A DNA stretch of 248,000 nucleotides from Octopus vulgaris. Taxonomy: Eukaryota. Of this stretch, positions 78,696 to 95,226 are shown piece by piece. The notes under the pieces were generated by a model that was not told the origin of the DNA, ran no database searches, and worked only from the letters and a program-made list of their open reading frames with translations. Both the position numbers and the translations under genes were made by a program. Position 1 is the first letter of the stretch. Every line of letters begins with the position of its first letter. Where the stretch lies: the NCBI GenBank assembly GCA_951406725.2, contig OX597819.1:93268001-93516000 (forward strand), given 5' to 3'.

Positions 78696-78867
78696 GCATA
78701 CCTATACTTGCTTTATTCGTTTCATACATGTGGCTGCGGTACTGCTGGAGCACCACTGTGATTTTGTACTTTTATATATGTACATATACATGCATATCTA
78801 TATTTATATCTATTTATATCCATATAATATATATTTGTGGGTATGTGTATATAAGTATATATATGTA

Positions 78868-78936
<69 letters not shown>

Positions 78937-81315
78937 CTAGTTTTCTTTTATTTGTCTCATCCATGTGGCTACGGTGCAGCCGCAATGGTAGGATTTCATA
79001 TCAGTGTATGTACTTTTCCTATGGCTGTTGGTCCATTTAGTATATGAGACTGTTTAACACTACTGCCCCTCATCTGTACCTCATGCCGGGCCGTTGGTTC
79101 ATCCGGTACTGTGGAGAGGAGTACGTCTAGTTCTGTTTTGAAGCGATTCATGTCTATATTGTGTAGGTTTTTCAACTTTTGGGGTTAGGCATTGAAAAGT
79201 TGTGGGCTTTGAACCCTAAGCTGTTGATGTACATAGGCCTGAATTGAGGGAGTAAAGTCGTAGTTTTTTCAGCCTCACTCTATAGCTCATCTACTGCACA
79301 GTTACAATCTTTTAAATATATTGATGTTTGAAGGCGGTGAGCTGGCAGAAACGTTAGCACGCCGGGCAAAATGCGTAGCCGTATTTCGTCTGGGTAGTAG
79401 AGAAATAGGTATTTCGTCAGTCTTTCCATTCTGAGTTCAAATTCCACCGAGGTCGACTTTGCCTTTCATCCTTTCGAGATCGATAAATTAAGTACCAGTT
79501 GCGTACTAGGGTCGATCTAATTGACTGACCCAAACCCCCAAAATTTCGAGCCTTGTACCTAGAGTAAAAAAGAATATATTCACGTTCAACCGCTTCAAGA
79601 TCTACTGTTTGTTTGATGCTTTGAGGTGACCACAGTTGAGAGCAGGCGGCTGAGAACAAAGTTCCTCCTGAGGGTCAATGAACATTACTTCTTGGTCACT
79701 TGTCTTGAAGAACTTTAGTATCCGTTCTGCCAGTTTCTGGCTACCTTGGCAACATATATAATTACAAAAAGAGTTTTCTTTTAATTATTAACTTGTTAAA
79801 AAAATATTAATTTACTAAATAGAATGTCATGAACTTTTCTGGAAGTAGTTTGTATATAGTGATTATTTTATGCATTTTGTATGTAAGCGCTTTCATTTTT
79901 CAAATTTTCCAACACAGGTTTTCCGGACAACAACATAAAGAAATGGGTTTCTTTGCTTTTTTTTTTTGTTTTTGTTTTTGCTCTTTTTAACTTTTTGTAA
80001 TGATGTTAAATATTTCCGGTTTAGTTTCGGATTTTGAATTTTCATAAACAACTATTCTATTCCTTGCAGTTCATCATTTTCATAAGTTTTAAAATTGTAA
80101 ATTGTCGACAGTTTTAATTGCTATTTCCTGCTTAGTTTCAGATTTAGAATGTTTATAAAGTATTCTTCTTTTGCCTTTGTTTTATTTCGTAAAAGGGAAT
80201 ATTTTAAATCTTCCTTTGCACATATGTCTAGATGTTTACTACTCCTTTACTCCTTTACTTGTTTCAGTCATTTGACTGCGACTGTGCTGGAGCACCGCCT
80301 TTAGTCGAGCAAATCGACCCCAGGACTTATTCTTTGTAAGCCTAGTACTTATTCTATCGTACTAGAATAAGTACTAAATAACGGGGATGTAAACACACCA
80401 GCATCGGTTGTCAAGCGATGCTGGGAGGAGAAACACAGACACACAAACATATACACGCACACACATACATATGTACGACGGGCTTCTTTCAGTTTTCGTC
80501 TACCAAATCCATTCACAAGGCTTTGGTTAGCCCGAGGCTATAGTAGAAGACACTTGCCCAAGGTGCTACGCAGTGGGACTGAACCCGGAACCATGTGGTT
80601 CGTAAGCAAGCTACTTACCACACATAGAACATTCCTTAGAGATGAAACTTTAAGTTGTTTATGCTCATGACTGGTTAGTTTTGTCCCTGTTTCTCCACTT
80701 ATTGCATTATGGGCATAAGATGCAGTATAAATCCTTTAAAATGTTTTAGCCCGAAGGCCGCGGCCATGCTGGGGCACCACCGCTGATATTGATATTTTTG
80801 CTGGGGCACCACCTCTGATATATTTTTGCTTTGAAATTCATGCTTGCATTCACTTTCAATTCCTTCTCATTCGTAAATCTTTGGCTGCTCCTTGTTCAAT
80901 TATTTCAAATGCCCTACAAAAGTTTGTTACTTGTATAATTTCTCTCACCGATGTGATTCTCGCCTTTGTTGCAAATCTCTGGAGATTTAATGGTTTTCTT
81001 TGGCTGTTATTGATTTGTGATTTTTAAAATTATTTGTCAAAGATTTGATTATTGATGTAGAATGAGAGTGGGTATCATGCAGCTGGATGAAGGTTGTTGT
81101 TGTCCTTATGAAAACGGGTGACTACAAATGACATATTTATATTTGTAGGAGTGGCTGTGTGGTAAGTAGCTTGCTTACGAACCATATGGTTCCGGGTTCA
81201 GTCCCACTGCGTGGCACCTTCGGCAACTGTCTTCTACTAATAGCCTCGGGCCGACCAAAGCCTTGTGAGTGGATTCGGTAGACGGAAACTGAAAGAAGCC
81301 CGTTGTATATATGTG

Positions 81316-81367
<52 letters not shown>

Positions 81368-82959
81368 TGTGTCTGTGTTTGTCACCCCAACATCGCTTGA
81401 CAACCGATGCTGGTGTGTTTACGTCCTCGTAACTTAGTGGTTCGACAAAAGACACCTTTATAATAAGCACTAGGCTTACAAAGAATAAGTCCTGGGGTCG
81501 ATTTGCACGACTAAAGGCAGTGCTCCAGCATGGCCACAGTCAAATGACTGAAACAAGTAAACGAGTAAAAGAGTATTTTCATTTTTTTCACCTTTTGGAT
81601 AAATGTTTCTTCGTAAAGTTCGGGATTATTTCTTTTATTATTTATTTTTTTTTTTTTGTTTTCCGGGAACATATTTAATTCGTGTCATTCTGTTAAACAA
81701 AATAATTTTATTTACATAATTGATAACTTTTTTAAAAACATGTTTCCCTAATTATTGTAACTGATTCAAGTAATTTTTGTAGAAGCTTTTGTGTGTGTGC
81801 GTGTGTACTAATATACTATCTTTAGAAGGAAAACATTGACAGTAACTTCGAGGTTTAGGCTTCGAGCGTTTACCAGTCAGTCTGATGAATAAGTGCTATG
81901 CCAAAACTCAGAAGTAAAAGCTAAAATTTATTCAGTTTAGTATTTGCTTTTTATACAGCTGTACATAACAAAATCGTGCGTCTGCAAACACACCCACCAT
82001 GCGTACGTACATCTATTACATACATATAAACATACATGCGCACGTACATAAATGCACTCTCATAAATGCGCATACATATACCGATTTTAAGTTTATATTA
82101 CATAAATACACACATATATGCACACATACATACACACATACATACATACACACATACATACACACATACATACACACATACATACTTACATACATACTTA
82201 CATACATACTTACATACATACACACACACCAGCACATACATACACACACCAGCACATACATACACGCACACACACCAGCACGTACAAAGATACACACACA
82301 CCAGCACGTACATACATACACACACACCAGCACATACATACATACACACACACATACATACACACACACCAGCACATACATACATACACACACACCAGCA
82401 CGTACATACATACACACACACCAGCACATACATACATACACACACACACAGCACATACATACATACACACCACACCAGCACATACATACATACACACACA
82501 CAGCACATACATACATACACACACACCAGCACATACATACATACATACATACACACACACCAGCAATTAAATACACCCATCGCGCACATACGCTTGTTAG
82601 TAAAGGTGCGTATATTACAGATAGCGCGAACACAGAAAAACTATCAGATTCATTCCAACGAATGAAGTTTACGCATGCAAAGCTGCTCGTTCTGCCCACC
82701 CACCTCTCTCTCTCTCTCTCTCTTCTTCTTCTTCTTCTTCTTCTTCTTCTTCTTCTTCTTCTTCTCTATCTATCTAAAAAATCTCTCTCATTCTCTTTTT
82801 CTCATTCTCACACATGCACGCGAATGAGCGTACGCGTATGTATCAATATACCCGTACTCCCCCTCTCTCTCCCTCCCTCCCTCCCTCCCTCCCTCATTCT
82901 CTCTCGCTCATATATATGTATGTATATATATATATATATATACATACATATATATATAT

Positions 82960-83005
<46 letters not shown>

Positions 83006-83087
83006 TCATTACAGATATAGGGTGAAAAAATTATTAATTTAATAAAACCAACAAATTTCACCTAGTAGTTTTTCGGTATGGAAAAAG

Positions 83088-83215
<128 letters not shown>

Positions 83216-83523
83216 TATATATATATATATATATATATGTATGCATATATGTATGTGTGTGTACGTGTGTGCGTACAAGTGACGTGTGTGTCATGGTTTT
83301 GTGTGTGTGTATGTGTGTATATTTGTGAATGTCCATACACCACCGCCACCACAACCGCCCTCAAGTTACGCACGAGCGCAAGCACGCTTACGCACGCGCG
83401 GCAGATCTTCCCAAGCTCTTTCCACTCACTTCAGCTTCAAATTACAGACTACGCCACTTTCTTTCTTATTTCTTTTCTTTTTTCCCTTCCTTCTTTCTTT
83501 CTTTTTTTTTTAACCGTTTCGTG

Positions 83524-83555
<32 letters not shown>

Positions 83556-84429
83556 CGTCTTTTTTCTTTATCTTCTTACACATTTCTGGACCTTCTCGCG
83601 TGGTTAATGTTTTATCTTTAATCAACAGAATGTGCAGTGTTAGCTGATGTCTGGATGAGAATGATGATTATACGGAAACAAACGAGGAATATTGTATGTA
83701 CGTATGTATGTATGTACGTATTATGCATATATATACATATATATATGTCTGTGTATGTGTGTATATATATATATATGTCTGTGTATGTGTGTATATATAT
83801 ATATGTCTATGTTTGTGTGTATATATATATATATCTGTGTATGTGTGTATATATGTCTTTGTATGTGTGTATATATACATATCTGTGCATGTGTGTATAT
83901 ATATATATATATATGTCTGTGTATGTGTGTGCATATATATATATGTATGTATATATGTATGTATGTATATGGATGTGTATACACACGCACAAACACAAAC
84001 TCACACACACATGTATACTGGTTTCAGTTTTTGGCACACGGTCAGCAACTTCGGGGGTGGAATTAAGTCGACTACATCGTCCCCAGTACTCAGCTGATAT
84101 TTATTTTATCGGTCCCAAATGGATTAAAAGGCAAAATCGACGCCGGCGGCATTTGAACTTAGAACGTAATGACGGAAGAAATGCCGCTAGGCATTTTTTT
84201 CTCCGGAGCCGTAACGAATCTGCCATCTCGCCGTCTTATGTACACATGTTTATTATAAACTTATCGAGTATTTATGCGTGTGTGTGTGTGTGTGTGCGCG
84301 CGTGCGTGTGTGTGTACGTATGTATATATATATATAGTATAAACTTATCTAATATATGTATAAGTATTATAAACTTTAATGTACACATTTATGCATATAT
84401 AAGAATATATAAATATATGTATATCTGTA

Positions 84430-84475
<46 letters not shown>

Positions 84476-84599
84476 AATATATATATATATATATATACAT
84501 ACATAGACATACGTATATACATATATACATATATAGAGAGAGAAAGACAGACATGCTTACATCAATCCATTCATACATATATAAATATGTGCGTATTAG

Positions 84600-84632
<33 letters not shown>

Positions 84633-84748
84633 GAGAGCGAGAAGAGCGTATGAGAAAGTGCGTTGGAAGAGAGATAATAAAAGTAAAAAGTACAGAAAAT
84701 GTGTGCCTGCAAACGAGAAAATGTTATTGTTCGTATGTGGATTTACGT

Positions 84749-84849
<101 letters not shown>

Positions 84850-85530
84850 TGTAGCTATGTCTCTATCTGCGTGTGAGTGTTTTGCGCACGCGTTGTCTGT
84901 GCTTTTTCATGCTGACGAGGGTGTGGAAAAGCAGAAGGAAAAAAAGAGAGAGAGGAGGGGAAAATAAAAAGGAAAATAAGAAAGACAAAAGATAAAGGTG
85001 TATGTAATAAATCAATGAAAATGAACGCATGATTGTCTGCATTTGTATTTGTCTGTGTGTGTTTGAGGAAGGAGGGGAAGAGGCTGAGGTATGTTAGCAG
85101 AAGGTGAATTTATAAAGATTGTTGAACGTGCGAAAGTGAGGGAGTGACAACGAAAGGATCAGCGTTAAAGATGAGAGAGGAGGAAACTGACAGACAGAAC
85201 AGAACAGAACAGATAGATGGAAGAAGATAAACAGAAAAGAAAGAGTGCATGTGTTGTTATAAAGAGAGGAAAGAGGAAAACGAAAGCGTATGAATTTAGA
85301 AGAGAAAGACAGTGATAGAGAGAGAGAGAGAGAGAGACAGTGAGAGAAACATACAGAGAGCTAGACAGAGAGAAGGATAGATAATATAATATACAGAGAG
85401 AGAGAGATAGAGACAGACGGAGAAAAACCGAAGTGCGCGTGTGTTTGTGCTTGTTTGTGAGAAAGTTCAAAGAATCTATCGTAGTCTCGTCTTGAAACTT
85501 GCCTGACTGTTTTGCTTTCGCTTTTACCAG

Positions 85531-86202
85531 CTCCATCTCCATCGCCGGTAACATCCACCGCGACTGACACCTCCACCGCCACCGTAACCATATCAACGTC
85601 TCCGCCATCACCTCCAGTCTACCGCCAACGCCGCCCTCCCCCACTTACTTTCCAGTTTTTACGGCTGCTACTACTGATGTTGGTAGCGGCTGCTCAGCTC
85701 CACCGATGGAGGCTCCAGAACTTCAGTGCTTAGGGGATAGAGAAAGCTTGTTGCAGAGACGGCTACAACAGACATACCCAACCGCTTGTTGCAGGGAAAG
85801 AGTGACTGGTGCTGCGAGAAGGCGGCGGCGCTATGAGAGACTGAGACTTATTAACACATTCAAGCGAACACGCTTCAACCAGCAACTACCTTTACGTTAA
85901 ACGCTACCTAGTTTTAACATGGCGGGATCGCGATGCTCCTGAACATATCGGATCGGTTACAAAAGGGATCACAACGCTGTCTGCCCTTACTGTTTCTCTA
86001 CTGTCTAATTCCTGGATGCCGTGGCGTTCTTTTACCACAGAACGGCCACGATCTTCGCCGTTTCATGTGATTTTTACCTTTAACCACAGACAACTTCACC
86101 GTGGTTATTTCTTTCGCTGTTGCTTTTGTCATGGTCTGCTGAGTCAAAACTCTTCCGTGTCGGTTGTATTGTCGGATAGGATGATTTGCAGATGATAAAG
86201 AC
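85531..86202 (+). other. Probable 5' UTR portion of the Cav3 exon; CpG-rich, with upstream ATGs
   Basis: A pyrimidine tract plus AG (ttttgctttcgcttttaccag) ends at 85530. The stretch is CpG-rich, non-repetitive and continuous with the CDS. GA-repeat tracts lie upstream (84.5-85.4 kb). Confidence 0.5.
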
Positions 86203-86717
86203 ATGGCTGAAGAGGTTCCCGCCGCACGAAAGACGTCAACGCCGAGAGCTAGATCTTCTTCTTTGGTCTCCAAGATCAGAGAGGACAGCAATCTGAGCGT
86301 CAACCCCGCTTTACAAGGGGACAGAGAACCTGGAGCGGTGGCGAAAACCGATGAGGATATCAACAGAAATGCTTCTGATGTTGCCGCAGTTGCTCCCTGT
86401 GTCACTCAATCTAACCCTTCCCCCAGTAGTACGTTTAACAATATCAACAATCATAACAACAGCAACAACAACAGCAACAACAACAGCAGCAACAGTAGTA
86501 CAAGCAGCAGCAGCAACAACAATAATAATAACGTTAATAATAATCATAATAATCATAATAATAAATCGGCAAGAATTATTGCCAACACAACCGAAACGGT
86601 GCATGACGAACCAGAAGAGGAGGAATTACCATACCCAGGATTTGTACCGACGGCTTTATATTGCCTCAATCAAACCAACAAATTGCGTTGGGTTTGCTTG
86701 AAAATCATTACTTGGCC
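86203..86717 (+). CDS. T-type voltage-gated calcium channel alpha-1 subunit (Cav3 / Ca-alpha1T; CACNA1G/H/I family), first coding exon
   Basis: The ORF ends ...EEEELPYPGFVPTALYCLNQTNKLRWVCLKIITWP, matching the conserved Cav3 pre-IS1 segment (LPYP..AP..F..L.Q...PR.WCL....NP|W). It has an Asn/Ser-rich N-terminus, an in-frame stop just upstream (86182-86184), and ends in codon phase 2 at a U12 donor. Confidence 0.9.
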
Positions 86718-86726
86718 ATATCCTTT
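86718..86726 (+). promoter_or_regulatory. U12-type (minor spliceosome, AT-AC class) 5' splice site of Cav3 intron 1
   Basis: TGG CC|ATATCCTTTT matches the U12 consensus ATATCCTT exactly where Cav3 homology stops (P|W junction). Confidence 0.88.
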
Positions 86727-86961
86727 TAAAAGCCAATAGTTTTTACAGCTGTTTTCACTTTTCTCTCTTAAACTCTTACGTTCTCTATTTCTCCCTCTCT
86801 CTCTCTGCTCTCTTTGTCTTTCTGTTTTCTCATTCCCCTCATGCTGTTTTTATTTGTTTATCCATTTATTGTATTTATCTATGTATTTATCTATCTATCT
86901 AACAAGTTTATCCAGCAAGCTTGTCATAACTCTTTTGCCACTGCAATTCACACTACAATCA

Positions 86962-87064
<103 letters not shown>

Positions 87065-88011
87065 CTTTCCTGTCTGTCTATCTATCTCATCTGACATACA
87101 CTTTCAGACACATGTACATACACATGCACATGCATACACACACAAACACATAACAAACACACGCCTTGACATACACAAACTTCGATTGTTCTACACACAC
87201 ACACACACACACGCATTCACCCAAATACGCACATAACAAGCAAGCATACACACATACGCACACACACACGCACACACGCACACACAAACACACACACACT
87301 AATACAAACAACACACTCACACACACATTTGGTTTGTTTCCCTTTTCTGTTCACCTAAGTTTTTGTTCAAACTTCTAAAGTGTTTATTACTTGAGAAAAT
87401 TGCAAAAGCAGAAACCTCAGCAAAAAAAAAGGGAAATATAGAAAGAAAAAAAAGAATTATAATAATCATTATTTGTCTATATATTCATAATTATTATTAT
87501 TATTATCAATATAATTACCGTTATTGTTGTTGATTGTATATAATATTCTTATTGAAAATTTTAAATTAATTATTTCTTTCTTTATTGATGCGTAAATTTA
87601 TCGTTTAAAATTATTTATTTGGAGAAAAAAAAAGAGTAAAATAGGAATTATACTTGTATTTTATTTCACACCTTCAGAATATAACTAATTATCTTTCTAA
87701 TTCCACGTCATATAATATTTCATTTAACTGTACGTGAAATAAATTCGAATTGAGTTTTTTTTTTCTCCCGTTATATATGTATGTATGCGTGATTATGTGA
87801 TTATATATAAGTATGGTTGCATGCGTGTATCTATGGCTGACTGAATGGATAGAAGGATGGATAGAATGATGGATGGATGGATGCATAGATGGATGTAAGG
87901 ATGTGTGTATAGTTACACACACTCACATGTATACTTATACATATATATATATGCATATTATGCATGTATATATATATATATATATATATATAAAAGTTTA
88001 TGTATGTATAT

Positions 88012-88061
<50 letters not shown>

Positions 88062-88343
88062 CGCGTGTGTGTGTGTGTGTATACATATATATACATGTAT
88101 AAACAGAGAGATGGATGTGTGTATTTATGTATCTATGGACGTATGAATGTAGAGACTGATGATGCGATGTATCCATGTGTACACGTATGTATTATATCGA
88201 TGAATATACAGATGAATGGATGGATGAATGATCAGAGCGGTATACCTGTATAAGTGTGATGCACATGTGCAATCCTGTGTATTTAATGTGTATATATACA
88301 TATATATATATATACATATATACATATATATATATATATATTT

Positions 88344-88439
<96 letters not shown>

Positions 88440-88717
88440 TCAAGCACTCGGCTTTATAACTGTTTTTAGTACCTGCAGATATTCATTAATATACACACGT
88501 ACAATCATATATGCGTGGTATTCATTCTGTACGCCTATAGATCAGTAGTCCATGAATTCAACATACATGCAGCGTGCAAACACAGATACACCGTAATATA
88601 TAAAAGTACTTACATATATGTCTGCATGAGAATATACGCACGTATATAGATTTTATACTAGCATTCATAGGTAGACTCATTCACGCAAACATAAGTGTAT
88701 GTATGTGAGCCCTTATA

Positions 88718-88788
<71 letters not shown>

Positions 88789-89342
88789 AATAGTCACATA
88801 TACACATCTTAGTATATGTGTATATGAATGTATATATGTTTGTGTGTATGAGTGTCAACGATCATGTGTGGATCTAGGTACAGTGAGCCATATACATGCA
88901 ACTGTTCATGCATACATATATATAGAGAGCGAGAGAGAGAGACAGACAGAGAGATAAAGAGAATGAGAGAGAGAGAGAGACCGAACTAGTGACAGACAGA
89001 CAGAGAAGCACACAGACACACAAACAGATATATCCCTACATATGTATACATACGCACACACATATATTCACACAAACATATATACATATATATACATACA
89101 TATATACATGTGTGTGTGTATATATGTATATACTCATACATCATAAAATAGTATTCTCATGCATAGAATTTTACACTATATATATATATATATATATACG
89201 TATATATGTGTGTGTTCGTGTGTGTATATATATATATATATATATCTTGCTCTCACAGCTCTTACGTATTCTTCTGCACAGCTGAGATATTCTGTTGAGC
89301 GCACATATCCTTATTCACTTTCTTTGAATTTTTTTAAAGGTT

Positions 89343-89414
<72 letters not shown>

Positions 89415-89607
89415 TGTGCGTGCGTGTGTGTGTGTGTGTGTGTGTCTATGTGCACGCGTGAGTGTCCGGGGGTCACTGGTGGATCATATTAAATTCTTCA
89501 AAAGGAGATAAAACTGATTGATCTTCGTAACGAAGCTGAATCCCATGAGAAAAGGACTTTGGATGTCTCCGGCGTCAGATTCTGATATGTATGCATGTGC
89601 ACCGATA

Positions 89608-89664
<57 letters not shown>

Positions 89665-89782
89665 TTACATTTATTAGATTCAGCAACATATATACATACA
89701 TATTTGAAAGCGTGTATATAAGTCAACACTGACGTATTAACGCATACACATCCGTACGTGTATACACAAGCACACAAGCATA

Positions 89783-89841
<59 letters not shown>

Positions 89842-91308
89842 TATATTTATATACGCATACACACAAATACATTTATACGTATATAATACAGACAGCAATC
89901 CATTCATGCATATATGCTTCCGTCCGTGCATCGATACATATACATACGCTTATACGTAAGTACTGACGGACACAACACACACATACACACACGCGTGCAC
90001 GGACACACACACACGCATACACGCAAACACATATACATATATATAGATATGCATGCGTATATAAACATATGAGCGTGCTCAGATCCATTAATTCCGTTGA
90101 CTTGCTGCTTTTCATGTTAGTATACACGCAAAGAGGCCAGCGAGTTGGCAATATAAAAAGCGCTTTAGACTAAATATTGGACGATATTCAGTTTTAGCTC
90201 TCTCCGTTCGCAGTTCAAATCCTACCGTAATCCAATTAATTTTAATTTCTCCTGCTTTGTTAAAATCGTAAAACTTTTATTGATAAAAGTACTATACAAT
90301 GGGTTAAATTAAACCTTCCATATTTTCGTCCTACATAAATTTTAAGTTTGTTACGCTTTAAACCTAGAGGAAAAAGCGCTCCAACCATAAATGTGCCATT
90401 TTTTTTTCTTCCCGTGTTCAGAAACATTGACATCTATAACTACCTGAGCAGATGTATGCTTCTTTTAAAGAGTATACGCTATTATTTACGAAGGTTTGAG
90501 CGGCCACGTAGGGACACTCTGATGTTTCATTCTTATATGGGAGTGTCTTTTCTCATTATCAAATACTGGCCTGTTGTAACTTTTTTTTATTTGGTTCTAC
90601 ATTGTGAATTATGTATTTTTATTAAAGACGTTAGGGTGTGTAAACTGAGGGAGACTTGGTGCGATTTCTAAAAAATACAACGACTATAAAAATGATGTGT
90701 TTTTGACTGATTTTATATAGATGCGATGATAATTCAATATTATACACGACATATAAAGGTGGGATGTTTATAGCGTGAACTTTCGATGTCTGGATTCGCT
90801 ATTCCTTAGCCGCACGGCTTCAATGTTAAGGAAGTGGATTCGAATATGCCTTTCGTTTCTACCACGACTGGATTTGGTTCCATTTTATTTTTGCCTTTGG
90901 CTGTTCATACCGCTGGTTTCGACTTAGTACAGCAAATTCAGAGGATTCTCATACTTGTCTTATCGCAGAACCATTTTCTGATTTCCCAAGGATCGTAGTA
91001 CCCATGATTATATTTCACGATCTCAAAGCCACTCGCTCCGCAACCCTAATTTCAATTAGCTATTTAATGAAACAAAATTATATTAAATAATTCATTTGTA
91101 CATACATAAACAGGCAGACAGACATATACACAGATATTTAAAAAATAAAAATGGTGAGCACCATCGTTTTTTTTATATAAAATAATTTTTTAGTAATTTT
91201 TTTATTAAAAGACACCATATTTCGCGGTACCTCGGATTTTTCTATCGTACAAATACACTTTGAGAAAACACATCATAAATATATGCGTCTATATACATGC
91301 ATGCATGC

Positions 91309-91417
<109 letters not shown>

Positions 91418-91888
91418 TCTATATACATGCATGCATGCATACATACATACATACATACATACATACATACATACATACATACATACATACATACATACAT
91501 GTATGTATAAGATATTCCTCTTCTCTTAATCCTTTCGAAAAGGAAAATGAATAGATCTGGCAGAATCTTCAATGTCGGCCAGAGCAAAAAAAACGTCTTC
91601 AATATTCAATTATGGTTCTTTACGTAACGTGCTAAGTTCAAATCCCCTCCGAGAATCATTAACATGTCCATGCTTCGGAAGGGAATTGATAAAAAATAAA
91701 AGTACCACTTTGATTGATATTCCTATAATTCATCCCAGACTTGAATAGAGTTATAACTGATGAAGTTGACGAGTAAAAATATGTAAACCTCTGCATATCT
91801 TTAAGGTTTTCATTCTCTTTATAGAAGGCATATTTCTATTGACATCAAGAAATTATATTTCAATAGATACACTGTGTATGTATATATA

Positions 91889-91973
<85 letters not shown>

Positions 91974-92704
91974 TTGTGTGTATAAAACGTTTCCTCTTTC
92001 TCCATGGATCCATTATTTGTAGGCTGATATTGGGTTGTCATTATTGCAGTTGTTGTGTTAGCTTTAGGTCAGACGTGATCTAGCAAACCTACATATGATC
92101 AAAGAGGTCCAGTGGTGACCATCTTGTCTTTTAAAGCGCATGTATAACGTAACGTTGTCTGGTTTTTCATTTTCTTATCAAACATAGCTGAGTGTGGAAT
92201 TTGAGGAACAGAAAAATTAGCTGCTGTTTTTAGATGCCTTTTGTGGACTTGTCACTTCCAAGTTCTTACTGCTTGACCCTAGCAAACCTATGACCAAAAT
92301 CAACCATCTGTGTCAACCCTATCGATTTAGGACTATATATATATAAATACGTACACATAGATATATACGCATAAATATATATATATACACGAACACATAC
92401 ACAAACACATGTTTTAGTGTATGTGCATATGACATTATCTAATACGGTTTTTTCATATATCTGAGTTTGTAGGATGTCATGTGAGGGAAATCTGGCTGCT
92501 ATTTCACGCAAGTCTACCTATTATGTTGAGGTTCCGTCATTGGTGCGTAAAACAACAGATAACATAATAGTATTGTGGTTATCGTTGTTATTGTTTTAAG
92601 TTTAACCTAAATCGGGCATATATATATATACGCACATATATATTAACGTATTTGCGTGTCTGTGTGTGTGTATGTGTGAATTTGTTCATTCATAAATGTG
92701 CACA

Positions 92705-92755
<51 letters not shown>

Positions 92756-93264
92756 TTTATATATATGTATATGTGTGTATACATGTATAGTGTGTATATA
92801 TGTATATGTATGTATATATGTATATGTATATATGTATGTATATATGTATATGTATATATGTATGTATGTATATATGTATATGTATGTAAGTATGTATATA
92901 TATATGTATGTATGTATATGCATGTATATGTATGTATACATATGTATATATATATATATGCATATATATGTATGTATATATTTATGTATGTATATATGTA
93001 TGTATGTATATGTATGTATGTATGTATGTATATGTATGTATGTATGTATACGTATGTATGTATGTATATGTATGTATATGTATGCATATGTATGTATGTA
93101 TGTATATGTATGTATGTATATGTATGTATCTATATGTATATGTATGTATATGTATGTATGTAAATGAATGTATGTATATGAATGTATGTATATGAATGTA
93201 TGTATATGTATGTATAAATATGTATGTATATATATGTATATATATGTATGTATATATTTGTATG

Positions 93265-93297
<33 letters not shown>

Positions 93298-93304
93298 GTA
93301 TATA

Positions 93305-93378
<74 letters not shown>

Positions 93379-94128
93379 TATATGTTTGTATGTATATATA
93401 TATGGGTCGAACTATCACCGTGAAGGATCCCCCTCGTTCTCGTTTTGCTCATAACAATATAATAGATAATATAACAGTTTTATTTAAAGAGGAGAGAAGG
93501 GAAAGATGTGTGTTACCAGGTTAAGATTGTCTAGGTCTTATTTTATTGCCTTCCTGCTGGTTTTCCCTTTGAAATATATCAAAGGATCGCTTGCCTTAAA
93601 CGAGCATGAATATCGATTTTTTTTTTAGGTTATATTCTTTGTTTGTTTGTTTGGTTTTTTTCATCCTTTTTTTTATGATTATTTATTTATTTTTTTATTC
93701 CGTTTTATTTACATATTTATGATTTTCATGCAATTCCGTCTTTATAGCTTTATAGCTGTCATTTTCTCGCTGTTGCTATTTGTCATTCGCTTTTCCTTTC
93801 GCGTTGCTTTCTCTATCGCTATACCACTTTCTCTCTCTAATACTTTGCTTCATCCTTTTCTCCTTTCACTCCCTCCCTTTCAATTCTGACCCTCTCTTTC
93901 TCTCACCCGGTCATTCTCTCTCTGATTCCCTTTTATGCTGCATATCTTCAACATTTCATTTTTTTCCCTACTATATCGTTGACATATGCCTTCCGTATTT
94001 TTCTCTTCCTCTCCCTCGGTCAGTTCAACTTTTTCGCTTTCTTCTCAAACTCTCCCCTTCTTTCTTTTATTTCCGTGATGTCTATATATGTTATATGTAT
94101 AAACATATGTGTCTGTGTATATATATAT

Positions 94129-94164
<36 letters not shown>

Positions 94165-94244
94165 TATATGTGTATACATATACATATATATGTGTGTGTG
94201 TGTGTATGTATATATATGTGCATACATATACATATATGTGTGTG

Positions 94245-94279
<35 letters not shown>

Positions 94280-94442
94280 ATACACACGCACACACACATA
94301 TATAAGTATGTAAATATGTATGTATGTATGCACTAGTTGCGTGCGTATAGGTCTTGACATAAGTTATGCATATGGGCAAAAAGTGATTTCTATAAATTTC
94401 ATCTGCATATAATATACAGACGATTTTTGCACATTCCTGTAT

Positions 94443-94502
<60 letters not shown>

Positions 94503-94658
94503 ACACATACACACATATACACACACATGAATACATGTATCCATACTTACATGTCTATATACAAGTATATGTAGACATCCAAACAAATGTACAAACACAT
94601 ACATAACACATACAATAATATCTATATATATATTCATAGATACATACATACATACATG

Positions 94659-94694
<36 letters not shown>

Positions 94695-94813
94695 TATGCA
94701 TGTGTGTATCTACCTGTCAATATTTCTCATTAAGTGATCCAGTTTGCTTTTTTCCTTTCAATATTTTCCTATTCTCTCTATCGCTCTCACCTGACTATAG
94801 CTTTCTTGATCTT

Positions 94814-94847
<34 letters not shown>

Positions 94848-95008
94848 TCTCTCTCTCTCTCTCTCTCTCTCATATTTGTTCGGTTCTCTCTTCCTGTCTT
94901 TATATCGCAATCATAAAAATATCTGTGTACATTTTCATGTCCCTTTCATGTCCCTGGAAAGTATTTGTCTTTCTCAATACTTCGTTGTTTCCTTACCCCA
95001 CACACACA

Positions 95009-95039
<31 letters not shown>

Positions 95040-95117
95040 TCCTCTCTCTCTCTCCCTCTCTCTCTTTCCTCTCTTTCCCTCTCGCTCTCCCCCCTCACAC
95101 TCTATTTGTATGTATGA

Positions 95118-95161
<44 letters not shown>

Positions 95162-95163
95162 AC

Positions 95164-95226
<63 letters not shown>

